This document shows, piece by piece, positions 19,502 through 27,612 of a stretch of 41,844 nucleotides of DNA. Source of the stretch: an uncultured Syntrophobacterales bacterium (lineage in GTDB: Bacteria > Desulfobacterota > BSN033 > WVXP01 > G020346125); contig CAYFXP010000278.1 in NCBI GenBank assembly GCA_964346935.1, forward strand, positions 1 to 41,844, in the 5' to 3' direction. Position numbers and translations under genes: made by a program. Under the pieces are notes generated by a model. That model did no database searches. It was not told the origin of the DNA and worked only from the letters and a program-made list of their open reading frames with translations. How positions within the stretch are numbered: the first letter of the stretch is position 1; every line of letters begins with the position of its first letter.

Positions 19502-19539
19502 TGAGGCTTAAGGCCGAGAATCCTTTGCCTTGAGCCTCA
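19502..19539 (+). terminator. 13-bp hairpin downstream of aor (possible terminator or processing site, no T-tract)
   Basis: tgaggcttaaggc (19502-14) pairs with gccttgagcctca (19527-39) with one U-G pair. Confidence 0.3.
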
Positions 19540-19761
19540 GCGAAGCATTCCTCAAACGGAGTGCTCCTTGGGCAAGAATATTGCTTTTTCGTTTTGATAC
19601 CTACTATTCCGACATTCCATCATTCCATCTGGATAGCACAAATCGATCGTGACAAGAAAAGTTATGATTTCAATATAGCGGAGAAATTCCGCTATATGCG
19701 CCCTGATAGCATGAGGTTTGAAGAGTCCAAAAATTTCATACTTTAGAAGGAGTGATAATCC

Positions 19762-20220
19762 ATGGAAAAAAGGGAAGGCCCTCTTAAGAGGCATGGGGCA
19801 AAAATAGCTATGGGAATTATGTTTTGTATTTTGGTTTTCTTGGCTGGAATGATGTTCTCCATAAACAATAGGCTCACAGACTTTCAGGCAAGCATGGAGA
19901 AAAGAATATCCAGGTTGGAGGAGAGGCAAGATTCCATTGAGGAGAGCTTGGGAATCCTTAAGGACATCCAGCCCGAACTTGAAGGAGCCCATAGGCACTG
20001 GGAAGCCTTCAAGGAGAAGATGACCGTCCTTCAAGGCGCGGTGGAGAAATTGGTCGATGAATTCTCAGAGTCATTGAGCGAAGAACAGAAGGAGAAAATG
20101 GAGAAGGCCCTCAATAAGCTCGTTCGCTTGTGGGAGGTATTTTGTGAGCTTTTAGAGGAGTTGGGGGCTGAGAATAGGGGGACGAAGGGAGGAGGGCAGG
20201 GTGAAAGAAGCAAAGAGTAA
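19762..20220 (+). CDS. Hypothetical membrane-anchored coiled-coil protein
   Basis: RBS GAAGGAG. One TM segment (IAMGIMFCILVFLAGMMF) followed by heptad-like E/K/L-rich sequence. Confidence 0.55.
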   Translation: MEKREGPLKRHGAKIAMGIMFCILVFLAGMMFSINNRLTDFQASMEKRISRLEERQDSIEESLGILKDIQPELEGAHRHWEAFKEKMTVLQGAVEKLVDEFSESLSEEQKEKMEKALNKLVRLWEVFCELLEELGAENRGTKGGGQGERSKE

Positions 20221-20331
20221 GAAGAACAGGCAAAATCGTACCCGACATGCCTTGTCAAAGGAGTTTCTCTTCGATACCATGGAGGAAGTCATACGGATTT
20301 TCAATGAGAGAGGGGTTCCATTAAGGAGGTC

Positions 20332-21612
20332 ATGGGCATGGATGAAGGCTTGAGAGAGCGCTTGATGATCGACTCCTCCGTCTTGGAGGAGTTGAATCGG
20401 TTCCTTCTAAAGCCGGACAATTACGCAGTCAATGCGGTGCTTGGGGTAGTGAAAAAATACGGAACTCCCGAGGAGATCAACGAGAAAGCGCGGGAGTCCC
20501 GGAAACTCCTCCATCTTTTCGGGCGGCTCCGTCAACTGAACTCTCCCTACTTAAAAGATCTGGAATGGCTAGTGGCAGAACGTGACCGTGGCGCTTTCAT
20601 CTCCATCGCCGATTTTCGCCGTAAAGTGGTTGGAGCTCGGGTTGAGGAGATGACCTTTGATGAAGAGCATGCCGTCACCCTGGAGATCAGTGCCTTTCAA
20701 TACTTTCCATGGCTTATTGCTGAGGCCAAACACGCCATCGAGCACCAGGAGGTCATCCCCGGTCGATACATCAGGGTCCGCAAAATGAAGGAACAGGAGG
20801 CCGATCAGGGGGATATCCTTGCCGTTGCCGCCGCGATGCAGATCGTTGGGGCCACTTACGTGGAAACCCTGGATACGAGGGGCACCGATGGATCCAACGT
20901 GCACCTGGGTGGGGCGGAGACCATCACAGGCTATTTCGGGGGGATTGGTCAACCCAATGAGCATGCGCTGAGATGGGTCGATGAATTCCTCTACTACTAC
21001 ACTGAATACGGTATCAGTCAGGTGCTGAACGTCAATCCCGGTACCGTACTTCTCGGTTACATCCTCCATAAGCTCGGAATTGATATGGAGTTTAAGATCT
21101 CGGTCTTCATGGGCAACGACAACCCTTACGCCCTGCTCTGGACCCTGATGGCCGCTCGGCTTTTCTCGCGGGAGGACGGCTCCACCCCCGTGGTTGGCTT
21201 CAACTTGAGCAACTCCGTTGACTCCCAGACCCTGAAGCTGAGCGGCGAGATTCGTAGGGAGCTGGGCCTTGAGGATCAGGTGCGGATTGAACACCACATC
21301 ACCGAAACCTGGAAGAGCATCGTCCGGCAGCCCTATGATCGGAGGGATGAATTGCTCGAGGTGGCCCCCAGCGTGCCCAATATCTCGGCCAAGCACGAAG
21401 GGGGAGATACTGATATTGAGCCAACGCGTAAACATCCCTCGGACATCCTCGATTATTTTCGAGACAAGGAGGATATCCTCACATCCGGCGACATGCCGCA
21501 CCTAGAGCAGAATTTCCTTGACAAGCATTCGGCAGTAAACCGGACTGCGCGGGCTCTAACGGAAAGGGGCCTGGGCTTTGTGGCGGCTTGGAACCTTCAT
21601 GCTAGGGATTAG
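20332..21612 (+). CDS. Conserved-looking hypothetical protein (426 aa), family not recognised
   Basis: Long ORF with AAGGAGG upstream (ATG 20332 or 20338) and protein-like composition. The 310-aa ORF on the opposite strand looks like a shadow ORF. Confidence 0.6.
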   Translation: MGMDEGLRERLMIDSSVLEELNRFLLKPDNYAVNAVLGVVKKYGTPEEINEKARESRKLLHLFGRLRQLNSPYLKDLEWLVAERDRGAFISIADFRRKVVGARVEEMTFDEEHAVTLEISAFQYFPWLIAEAKHAIEHQEVIPGRYIRVRKMKEQEADQGDILAVAAAMQIVGATYVETLDTRGTDGSNVHLGGAETITGYFGGIGQPNEHALRWVDEFLYYYTEYGISQVLNVNPGTVLLGYILHKLGIDMEFKISVFMGNDNPYALLWTLMAARLFSREDGSTPVVGFNLSNSVDSQTLKLSGEIRRELGLEDQVRIEHHITETWKSIVRQPYDRRDELLEVAPSVPNISAKHEGGDTDIEPTRKHPSDILDYFRDKEDILTSGDMPHLEQNFLDKHSAVNRTARALTERGLGFVAAWNLHARD

Positions 21613-21758
21613 TATTTCGCCTGGTAAATCATCATGATGAGAAGGATGTGGCTTAGGTCGTTCGCGACCAACTTCAATGAGGAAAGCTCAAGGAGGCCTC
21701 CCAACCGGGAGATGGAGGGAAAGGGGGGAGAAGGAATTTCTGAAAGGAGGGTAAGGAT

Positions 21759-22085
21759 ATGAAAGCTGATTCCAAAAAACTCATTGACATGGTTAATAAG
21801 GGCATGACCGCCGCGGAAATTAGGAAAGCGTTGGGCATTAAACCAAAGGCTCCGTTGAGGAGGATGTATTACGATGCTTTAGTTAAGGCTGGGAAGATTA
21901 GAGATATTGTGAGCGAAAGGCGAGTCAGGAAGGGACTACGTAAGAGAAGGACATTGACCATTGGTAAGAGAGGAACCATTCTTCTCAGTAAACCATTACT
22001 CGTAAATCAGCTTGGGTTTAAAGAAGGCGACAAGTTTAGCGTTACCAAGAGAAGAGATAGGATTGTCCTAAAGAGAACCGGATAA
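21759..22085 (+). CDS. Small basic protein with a C-terminal SpoVT/AbrB-like domain
   Basis: RBS AAAGGAGGG. C-terminal LLSKPLLVNQLGFKEGDKFSVTKRRDRIVLKR resembles the AbrB swapped-hairpin motif. Confidence 0.5.
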   Translation: MKADSKKLIDMVNKGMTAAEIRKALGIKPKAPLRRMYYDALVKAGKIRDIVSERRVRKGLRKRRTLTIGKRGTILLSKPLLVNQLGFKEGDKFSVTKRRDRIVLKRTG

Positions 22086-22225
22086 GAAAGAAGGTTTTGG
22101 ATCAATATTCCCTTGAAACGAGGGCTGTTGAGCCCAGGATTGGCATTATATTTGCTAATTTTTCAGTCGTCTTGGGGTAGTGAACCAGCATTTGTTTTTC
22201 TCGGTAATTCTCGAAGGAGGTTTAC

Positions 22226-22636
22226 ATGATGGGAAAGGATGATATCAAATCCGGCGAGTTGGAAGCCTTTCTGGGCAAGAATACCACGTTTGAGGGCAAG
22301 ATGATCTTTGAGGGAATAGCAAGGTTGGATGGCAAGTATCACGGGGAGATTTTCTCCGGGGATGCCCTGATTATCGGTGAGACAGCGACTGTCAACGCAG
22401 AGATCAAGGTCGGTACCCTCATCGTCGACGGAGAGGTGAGCGGAAACGTCTCCGCTGCTTCGAAAATAGAAATCCATTCCACTGGCAAGCTCCATGGAAA
22501 TATCATAGCCCCAACCCTGGTGATCGAAGAGGGTGGGTTTTTCGAGGGGAGCTGTAATATGGAGAAAGCAGCGCAGACAGCAGCAGAGCCGGAGGAAGAT
22601 AGCAAGAAGATCGTTGATTTCCGGGAAAATGTCTAG
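22226..22636 (+). CDS. Bactofilin-family cytoskeletal protein
   Basis: RBS GAAGGAGG. Repetitive beta-helix pattern ...FEGKMIFEGIARLDGKYHGEI...VNAEIKVGTLIVDGEVSGNV...IEIHSTGKLHGNIIAPTLVIEEGGFFEGSC. Confidence 0.8.
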   Translation: MMGKDDIKSGELEAFLGKNTTFEGKMIFEGIARLDGKYHGEIFSGDALIIGETATVNAEIKVGTLIVDGEVSGNVSAASKIEIHSTGKLHGNIIAPTLVIEEGGFFEGSCNMEKAAQTAAEPEEDSKKIVDFRENV

Positions 22637-22814
22637 TATGCCCGCCAGGCCCAGTTACCCCCTGAGCTTAGACTTCGACAGTTCTAGCTAGTCCAAAGAA
22701 ATCTCAACCGAGGGTCTATTTTCCGCTACCTATAGCTCGCTTAGATGGGTTGCCCTGCCCCTTCCTTCCTGCGACCATCCCGGCAAAAGCTGGTAGATAG
22801 CCGTCAAAATATAT

Positions 22815-22839
22815 CCCCCTCGATTCCAACATGAGGGGG
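22815..22839 (+). terminator. GC-rich hairpin just upstream of the consensus promoter (possible insulator or terminator)
   Basis: ccccctc (22815-21) pairs with gaggggg (22833-39), followed by cATTTGATTG. Confidence 0.3.
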
Positions 22840-22846
22840 CATTTGA

Positions 22847-22875
22847 TTGACAGACGACCCCCTTTCCCCTATAAT
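22847..22875 (+). promoter_or_regulatory. Perfect consensus sigma-70 promoter TTGACA-17 nt-TATAAT
   Basis: TTGACA at 22847-52, a spacer of exactly 17 nt and TATAAT at 22870-75. The predicted TSS is around 22882. Confidence 0.6.
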
Positions 22876-22890
22876 CGCGCTATTCAAAAA

Positions 22891-22959
22891 ATGGCAAATA
22901 TTGACCGCTGTCCGCCGTCTGCGGTCGGCCGCGTTTGGCATTTGGATTTTGGAATTTGA
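22891..22959 (+). CDS. Mini-ORF 1 (22 aa: MANIDRCPPSAVGRVWHLDFGI). Candidate precursor or leader/arrest peptide.
   Basis: The ATG lies about 9 nt after the predicted TSS, and the stop is 6 nt before the DUF885 ATG. Both termini are homologous to mini-ORF 2. No Shine-Dalgarno sequence. Confidence 0.4.
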   Translation: MANIDRCPPSAVGRVWHLDFGI

Positions 22960-22965
22960 CATTAC

Positions 22966-24579
22966 ATGACAAGGCCTCTCCATGCAATAGCCAGCGATTA
23001 CCTTAACTACATGGGAAGGCATTTTCCCCAGCAGTGCCTCAGTGATGAGTTCTATTTCCTTCCCCGCTCCGAAGCCGCCGTTCAATATTCAGGCAATTTA
23101 GACGATCTCACCCCGGAGGGAATTCAGGGTCATATTCGATATGTACGAAACCTGTTAGGTGAAATTCCGCCCGGAACAGGAGATGACCTGGAGGGAGAAA
23201 TAGATGGTCTCTTCCTCAAGCAGAGCATGGAAAGCTTTATCAGGGAATACGCTGATGCAGAGGGCTGGCGAAATGACCCCACCATCTATATTAAAATACC
23301 CCTCTTTGCAACGGATGGGGTTCTTTCCCAGCAAGATAGTGCAGAAGAAGTGAAGTTAAATCTCTCGACCCTTTTTGCCCAAATCCCCCGCTTTCTCGAT
23401 TTGGCTGCCAAAAATCTCCGTACTCCCTCTGAGATTTCTCTCCAGGTGGCGCTGAATATGGTTCAGGACGCTTTACAATTCCACATGCGCGATATCAGGG
23501 CCTATATTGAGGAAAGGGTCGCAGGGAACGGGGAGCTTCTTGAGAGAAATCAAAGGGTAGAGGAAGCATGGAACGGATATAAAAGGGAGTTGGTTCAACT
23601 GCCGTCTCGGAAGTCGTTCGCCATCGGCGGAAACGGGCTCAAGAAAATCATTGATATCAGCCTGGGTTACCCCAAATCCCTTGAAGAAATCCGAGAGATC
23701 GCCCAATATGCTCATCGGGAGACTCAAGAGAAGATCCGTGAACGTGCCAGGGAGATCGATAGCCGCAAGAGCTGGAAACACATCATATATGAGGATTTTC
23801 CCTCAGTATCTTCCCCTGAAGAAGTGATGCAACTGTATCGGCGGGAGGTTGAGAACCTCCGGCGATTCTTTTACGCACATGACATCATTCCCTTTCCTCC
23901 TGGGGAGGAGGTTGCGGTCCTCCAAACCCCATCTTACCTGCAATCCCTCAGGGCCACAGCTTCGTACAGAGCCCCTTCAACCGGTAACACCAAAAGTCCT
24001 GGTATATTCTACATTACCCCGGGAAAGATGGATTTACGGTTGATCTCCGGCCATTCTCCCTATCTCTGCGCCCATGAGACGTATCCCGGTCACCACATTT
24101 TGGATCATCTTCGGATTCATCATGCGAAATCGATTCGCCGTCAGATCGAATCACCTCTCTTTTACGAGGGATGGGCGTCTTACGCCGAGCAACTATTGGA
24201 TGAGCTGGGATACGTCCAGGATCCACGGAAACAGCTTGTCCTGTTAAAACGCCAGCTATGGCGTAATCTGAGGGCTATGCTGGATATAGAGCTTCAGACT
24301 GGCAGCATGCCCGTAGCCCAAGCAGCCGCGAAGATCGAAAAGCTTGGATTTTCCCCACGGAGGGCCCAACGTCAGGTTCGCCGTTTTGCCCTCACCCCCG
24401 GGTATCAACTGTGCTATTTCATGGGAAATCACGAGATCATCGGGTTGCGGCAACGATTTTCTCCCGATTTGGCGCTAAAAACCTTTCATGATGTTCTTTT
24501 GGACGGAGGCCAGATCCCTTTTCATCTTGCTGAGAGAAGACTAGAAGCCAGGTTAAGAATGTCAAATGACAATTATTGA
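22966..24579 (+). CDS. DUF885-family protein (putative metallopeptidase-like, HExxPGHH motif)
   Basis: 537 aa. Motif CAHETYPGHH at nt 24073-24096, followed by ...FYEGWASYAE..., typical of DUF885. Confidence 0.7.
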   Translation: MTRPLHAIASDYLNYMGRHFPQQCLSDEFYFLPRSEAAVQYSGNLDDLTPEGIQGHIRYVRNLLGEIPPGTGDDLEGEIDGLFLKQSMESFIREYADAEGWRNDPTIYIKIPLFATDGVLSQQDSAEEVKLNLSTLFAQIPRFLDLAAKNLRTPSEISLQVALNMVQDALQFHMRDIRAYIEERVAGNGELLERNQRVEEAWNGYKRELVQLPSRKSFAIGGNGLKKIIDISLGYPKSLEEIREIAQYAHRETQEKIRERAREIDSRKSWKHIIYEDFPSVSSPEEVMQLYRREVENLRRFFYAHDIIPFPPGEEVAVLQTPSYLQSLRATASYRAPSTGNTKSPGIFYITPGKMDLRLISGHSPYLCAHETYPGHHILDHLRIHHAKSIRRQIESPLFYEGWASYAEQLLDELGYVQDPRKQLVLLKRQLWRNLRAMLDIELQTGSMPVAQAAAKIEKLGFSPRRAQRQVRRFALTPGYQLCYFMGNHEIIGLRQRFSPDLALKTFHDVLLDGGQIPFHLAERRLEARLRMSNDNY

Positions 24580-24664
24580 CCGCTCTTCCCCGACTCGACT
24601 GAGCTCGTTGTGGCCGTTTGCAGGGGTCTTCCTTTACATTTGGCATTTGCATTTTGATATTTGA
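24566..24664 (+). CDS. Mini-ORF 2 (32 aa: MTIIDRSSPTRLSSLWPFAGVFLYIWHLHFDI). Paralogue of mini-ORF 1.
   Basis: Overlaps the last 14 nt of the DUF885 gene in another frame. It shares M-x-x-I-D-R-(C/S)-x-P-(S/T) and (V/I)-W-H-L-x-F-x-I-stop with mini-ORF 1. Confidence 0.4.
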   Translation: MTIIDRSSPTRLSSLWPFAGVFLYIWHLHFDI

Positions 24665-24676
24665 AATTCCCGCAGG

Positions 24677-24698
24677 GTTTTGGCATTTGAAATTCCCC
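24677..24698 (+). repeat. Partial third copy of the TTTGGCATTTG...AAATTCCC unit
   Basis: GTTTTGGCATTTGAAATTCCCC equals the 3' end of mini-ORF 2 (TTTGGCATTTG[CATTTTGATATTTG]AAATTCCC) with the bracketed 14 nt missing. Confidence 0.6.
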
Positions 24699-24729
24699 AG
24701 TGAAATATCTGCTCCCTGAGGAAAGATGA

Positions 24730-26121
24730 ATGAGAACGGTTAACGGGTATCATGTGGAATGGAATCTGGGCTGTCCGGGTGGGTGGGAATACCAGAGGAT
24801 GGCCCAGGAACGTGGAAGGCTTTGTTGGGACAGGGTCAAGAAAGCCTCAGGAACAGAGATCGAACTGACCTTCGACCACCCTTTTTTAAACCCGGTTCCA
24901 CGTTTTTTGGATATGTTATTGCGAGCCCACGAGACTAGGTTCCCTGGGGAGAGACCATTCGTTCTCATTGTAGCGGAGAAAGAAACCCTGGATAAGGTGA
25001 CGGAGAATATTAATATCGTGGAGTACCTGAACCGGATGGAGAGGGTAAGGGCCGCACTAACGTGCCCTGAGGAGGTGGAAAAGAGGGAAGATCATGTTAC
25101 CTACAGGGGGCAGAAGGTAACCGTGGCCTTTCTGGATATTACGAACGATGTTCTTTTGAGAATAGGAACAAAGCATAATATTGAACCCCTATTGACCGCG
25201 ATCAGGAAGGGGATTGTGGTAAATCCCAGGGGAATGGAACCTATTGGTGCCAAGGGGATCTTCGAGATTGTGACAGGAGAGTTACGCCCCCTTCTCTCAC
25301 CTTCCACCGTAAACCATACCCCTTGGACTCGCCTATTTTATCCACGAACGACCACGGGACCGAATGGGGAATTGATCCCTGATTTGGTGAAATGGGTGGG
25401 AGACCATTGGCGGGAAGTCATACTCAAACCCGTTTATGGTTATTCTGGTAAGGGCGTATTTGTAGGAGCTCAGAGAGAATCCAAGGATGAAGATATTCAG
25501 AAGGCCCTGGAGGTGGAGCCTTATATTGTTCAGTCTTTTATACCGAAAGGGCTTTGGGCGGAGGAGTATCCATGGCTGGATATCCAGAGGGAAGAGATAA
25601 TTCTGAAGCAATGGCAAACAGACTTCCGTTGCTATATCAACGATACAGGGCTAATCGGTTTTTTGGCCCGTTTCGGGAAGATACCCACTAACGTGGGTGC
25701 AGGAGGTGGTGGTCAGAGCGTGGCTATTCTCAAGGCGGGAACCTCGGTTAGAGAAGCGGCGCACCGAATTAACGAAGCAATTATTGGATTGGGGTATTCC
25801 AGGGCCATGGAGATTCAGCGAGAGGTGGACAAAAAGGGGTTAGAATTGGGGCATACCTACCTTAAGGGTCCAACGCCCACCACCCTGAGACCACGGATTA
25901 TTACCCAAAACCACCTAACGTTTTTGCAGGAATACAGCGTCAACCTCTGGGGCGATTTATTAAAACTTGAGAAAATGTGGCAGGAGGGTAGATTGGACCA
26001 TGTGGTTCGGCTGGGTAAGGGCGAGGCGGAGATTGCTCGGATGCAGCCATGGGGAGGTTCACCAGCATTAATCGCCTCGGATGGTCTCTTTAGCTTCGGG
26101 GCCCATCTCCGGGGTGGGTAA
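24730..26121 (+). CDS. ATP-grasp-fold amidoligase-like protein, paralogue A (glutathionylspermidine-synthase / circularly-permuted-ATP-grasp-like)
   Basis: RBS GAGGA. Motifs: VVNPRGMEPIGAKG, HTPWTR, ILKPVYGYSGKGVFVG and WQTDFRCYI...ARFGKIPTNVGAGGGGQSVAIL (ATP-grasp C-terminal-like). The exact family was not verified. Confidence 0.6.
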   Translation: MRTVNGYHVEWNLGCPGGWEYQRMAQERGRLCWDRVKKASGTEIELTFDHPFLNPVPRFLDMLLRAHETRFPGERPFVLIVAEKETLDKVTENINIVEYLNRMERVRAALTCPEEVEKREDHVTYRGQKVTVAFLDITNDVLLRIGTKHNIEPLLTAIRKGIVVNPRGMEPIGAKGIFEIVTGELRPLLSPSTVNHTPWTRLFYPRTTTGPNGELIPDLVKWVGDHWREVILKPVYGYSGKGVFVGAQRESKDEDIQKALEVEPYIVQSFIPKGLWAEEYPWLDIQREEIILKQWQTDFRCYINDTGLIGFLARFGKIPTNVGAGGGGQSVAILKAGTSVREAAHRINEAIIGLGYSRAMEIQREVDKKGLELGHTYLKGPTPTTLRPRIITQNHLTFLQEYSVNLWGDLLKLEKMWQEGRLDHVVRLGKGEAEIARMQPWGGSPALIASDGLFSFGAHLRGG

Positions 26122-26214
26122 GAGTGGATACGATCACCAAAGAAGTCATTCAGGAGAAAAAGAGCCGACCGGGTATCGTTCACCAATTATCAACTAATTT
26201 CAAGGGATTAAGGA

Positions 26215-27609
26215 ATGAGAACGGTTAAGGGATATCATGGCGAGTGGAACATGGGTAGCCCCGGGGGGTGGGACTATCAGCGTATTGCGCAGCTCTTGGG
26301 GAAAATGGCGTGGGATTTGGTTTTGGAGAACATTGAGGTTGGAGTTGATATCGATCTCCAACACCCCCAGATAAATGCAGTGCCTGGGTTTGCGCGGATG
26401 ATGATACGAGCTCACGAGAGGTGCCATGGGATGAATCCGGTGCACGCGGTACTGCTGGCAGAAACGGAGACCCTTGACGTCGTGCTCGAGAACAAGAACT
26501 TCGTGGATTACTTGAATACGCTCGAAGGCGTAAAAGCTTCCCTGGCCGGGCCGAGTCACCTCTCACTAAGGAACGGGAAGGTATACTGCAGGGGAGAGGA
26601 AGCTACGGTTATTTTCATGGACTTCAACGCGGATAACCTGGGCAAGATCGCCGAGAAAGAGGACGTGAAACCCATCAAGGAGGCCGTCAGGCAGGGGATC
26701 CTGGTGAATCCCCGCGGAATGGAACCCCTCGGTGCCAAAGGGCTATTTGAGGTAATCAGTGAGCGGTACCGGGACGAGTTGAGCGAGGATATGCTAAAAC
26801 ATACGCCATGGACCCGACAATTTTATCCCAGAAGCACTACCGGTCCAAAGGGAGAGCCCATTGAAAACCTGGTTTCCTGGACTGAAGAGCACTGGGAAGA
26901 TGTAGTCCTTAAACCCGCACATGGGTACTCGGGCCACGGTATATTCGGAGGGTACAAAAAAGGGAATCCCAAGGACCACATTAAAACGGCCTTGCATGCA
27001 GGCGACTACATTCTCCAGCAACTCATTCCCTTGGGGCTTTGGTCGGAACAGAGCGTTTGGGCCATCCCGGAAGAGGAGTGCCTGGTTCTTAAGGAGTGGC
27101 AGACCGATTTCCGCTGTTTCATAACGGATGAGGGGCTTCAGGGGTTTCTGGCTCGCTTTGGTGGCATTCCCACCAACGTGGGCTCAGGCGGGGGGGTCCA
27201 ACCTATTGCTCTCTTAAGGAGCAATATGACTCCGCGGGCTGCAGTGGATAAGATTAACGAAGCTCTGTTTAAGTTGGGCTATGGGGCTTTTGCAGAGATC
27301 CAGAATGAGGTCAACCGAAAGGCGATTGAAATGGGCTTCACGTATCTTCTGGGCCCGATAATGATCACGCTCAGGCCCAGATTATTGACCGTTGATCACT
27401 TCGAAGACCTGAGACAATATGCTCGTAATCTATGGCACGATGCGATTAAACTGGAGGAACACTGGCGCAGGGGGCAACTAGACGACGTTCTCCGGGTGGC
27501 GGAAGAGGAGAGGAAGTTGGCCCTCGAGCAACCCTGGCGAGGGAGTCCCGCCCTTATGGTTTCCGACGGCCTTTTCAGCTTCGGCGCGGACTTGATGATT
27601 GGGGAATAG
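26215..27609 (+). CDS. ATP-grasp-fold amidoligase-like protein, paralogue B
   Basis: Colinear with paralogue A along the whole length. 30 of the first 60 residues are identical, counted by eye. Same motifs: LVNPRGMEPLGAKG, HTPWTR, VLKPAHGYSGHGIFGG and WQTDFRCFI...ARFGGIPTNVGSGGGVQPIALL. Confidence 0.6.
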   Translation: MRTVKGYHGEWNMGSPGGWDYQRIAQLLGKMAWDLVLENIEVGVDIDLQHPQINAVPGFARMMIRAHERCHGMNPVHAVLLAETETLDVVLENKNFVDYLNTLEGVKASLAGPSHLSLRNGKVYCRGEEATVIFMDFNADNLGKIAEKEDVKPIKEAVRQGILVNPRGMEPLGAKGLFEVISERYRDELSEDMLKHTPWTRQFYPRSTTGPKGEPIENLVSWTEEHWEDVVLKPAHGYSGHGIFGGYKKGNPKDHIKTALHAGDYILQQLIPLGLWSEQSVWAIPEEECLVLKEWQTDFRCFITDEGLQGFLARFGGIPTNVGSGGGVQPIALLRSNMTPRAAVDKINEALFKLGYGAFAEIQNEVNRKAIEMGFTYLLGPIMITLRPRLLTVDHFEDLRQYARNLWHDAIKLEEHWRRGQLDDVLRVAEEERKLALEQPWRGSPALMVSDGLFSFGADLMIGE

Positions 27610-27612
27610 GAA

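Noticed and set aside
19552-20034. A 160-aa minus-strand ORF overlapping the start of the coiled-coil protein gene.
   Set aside because: It overlaps a better-supported + strand gene that has a strong RBS. It has no RBS of its own and its composition is not protein-like.
22934-24698. The TGGCATTTG elements read as sigma-54 -24/-12 promoters.
   Set aside because: The -24-like TGGCAT is present, but none of the three copies has a GC dinucleotide 12 nt downstream of the GG. The -12 element is therefore missing or misplaced.
24603-24716. A frame-0 ORF (possible TTG start) ending ...FWHLKFPSEISAP as a third precursor peptide.
   Set aside because: It lacks the MxxIDR start and has no ATG. Its WHL motif arises from a 14-nt-deleted copy of the mini-ORF 2 tail, so it is more likely a decayed repeat than a functional gene.
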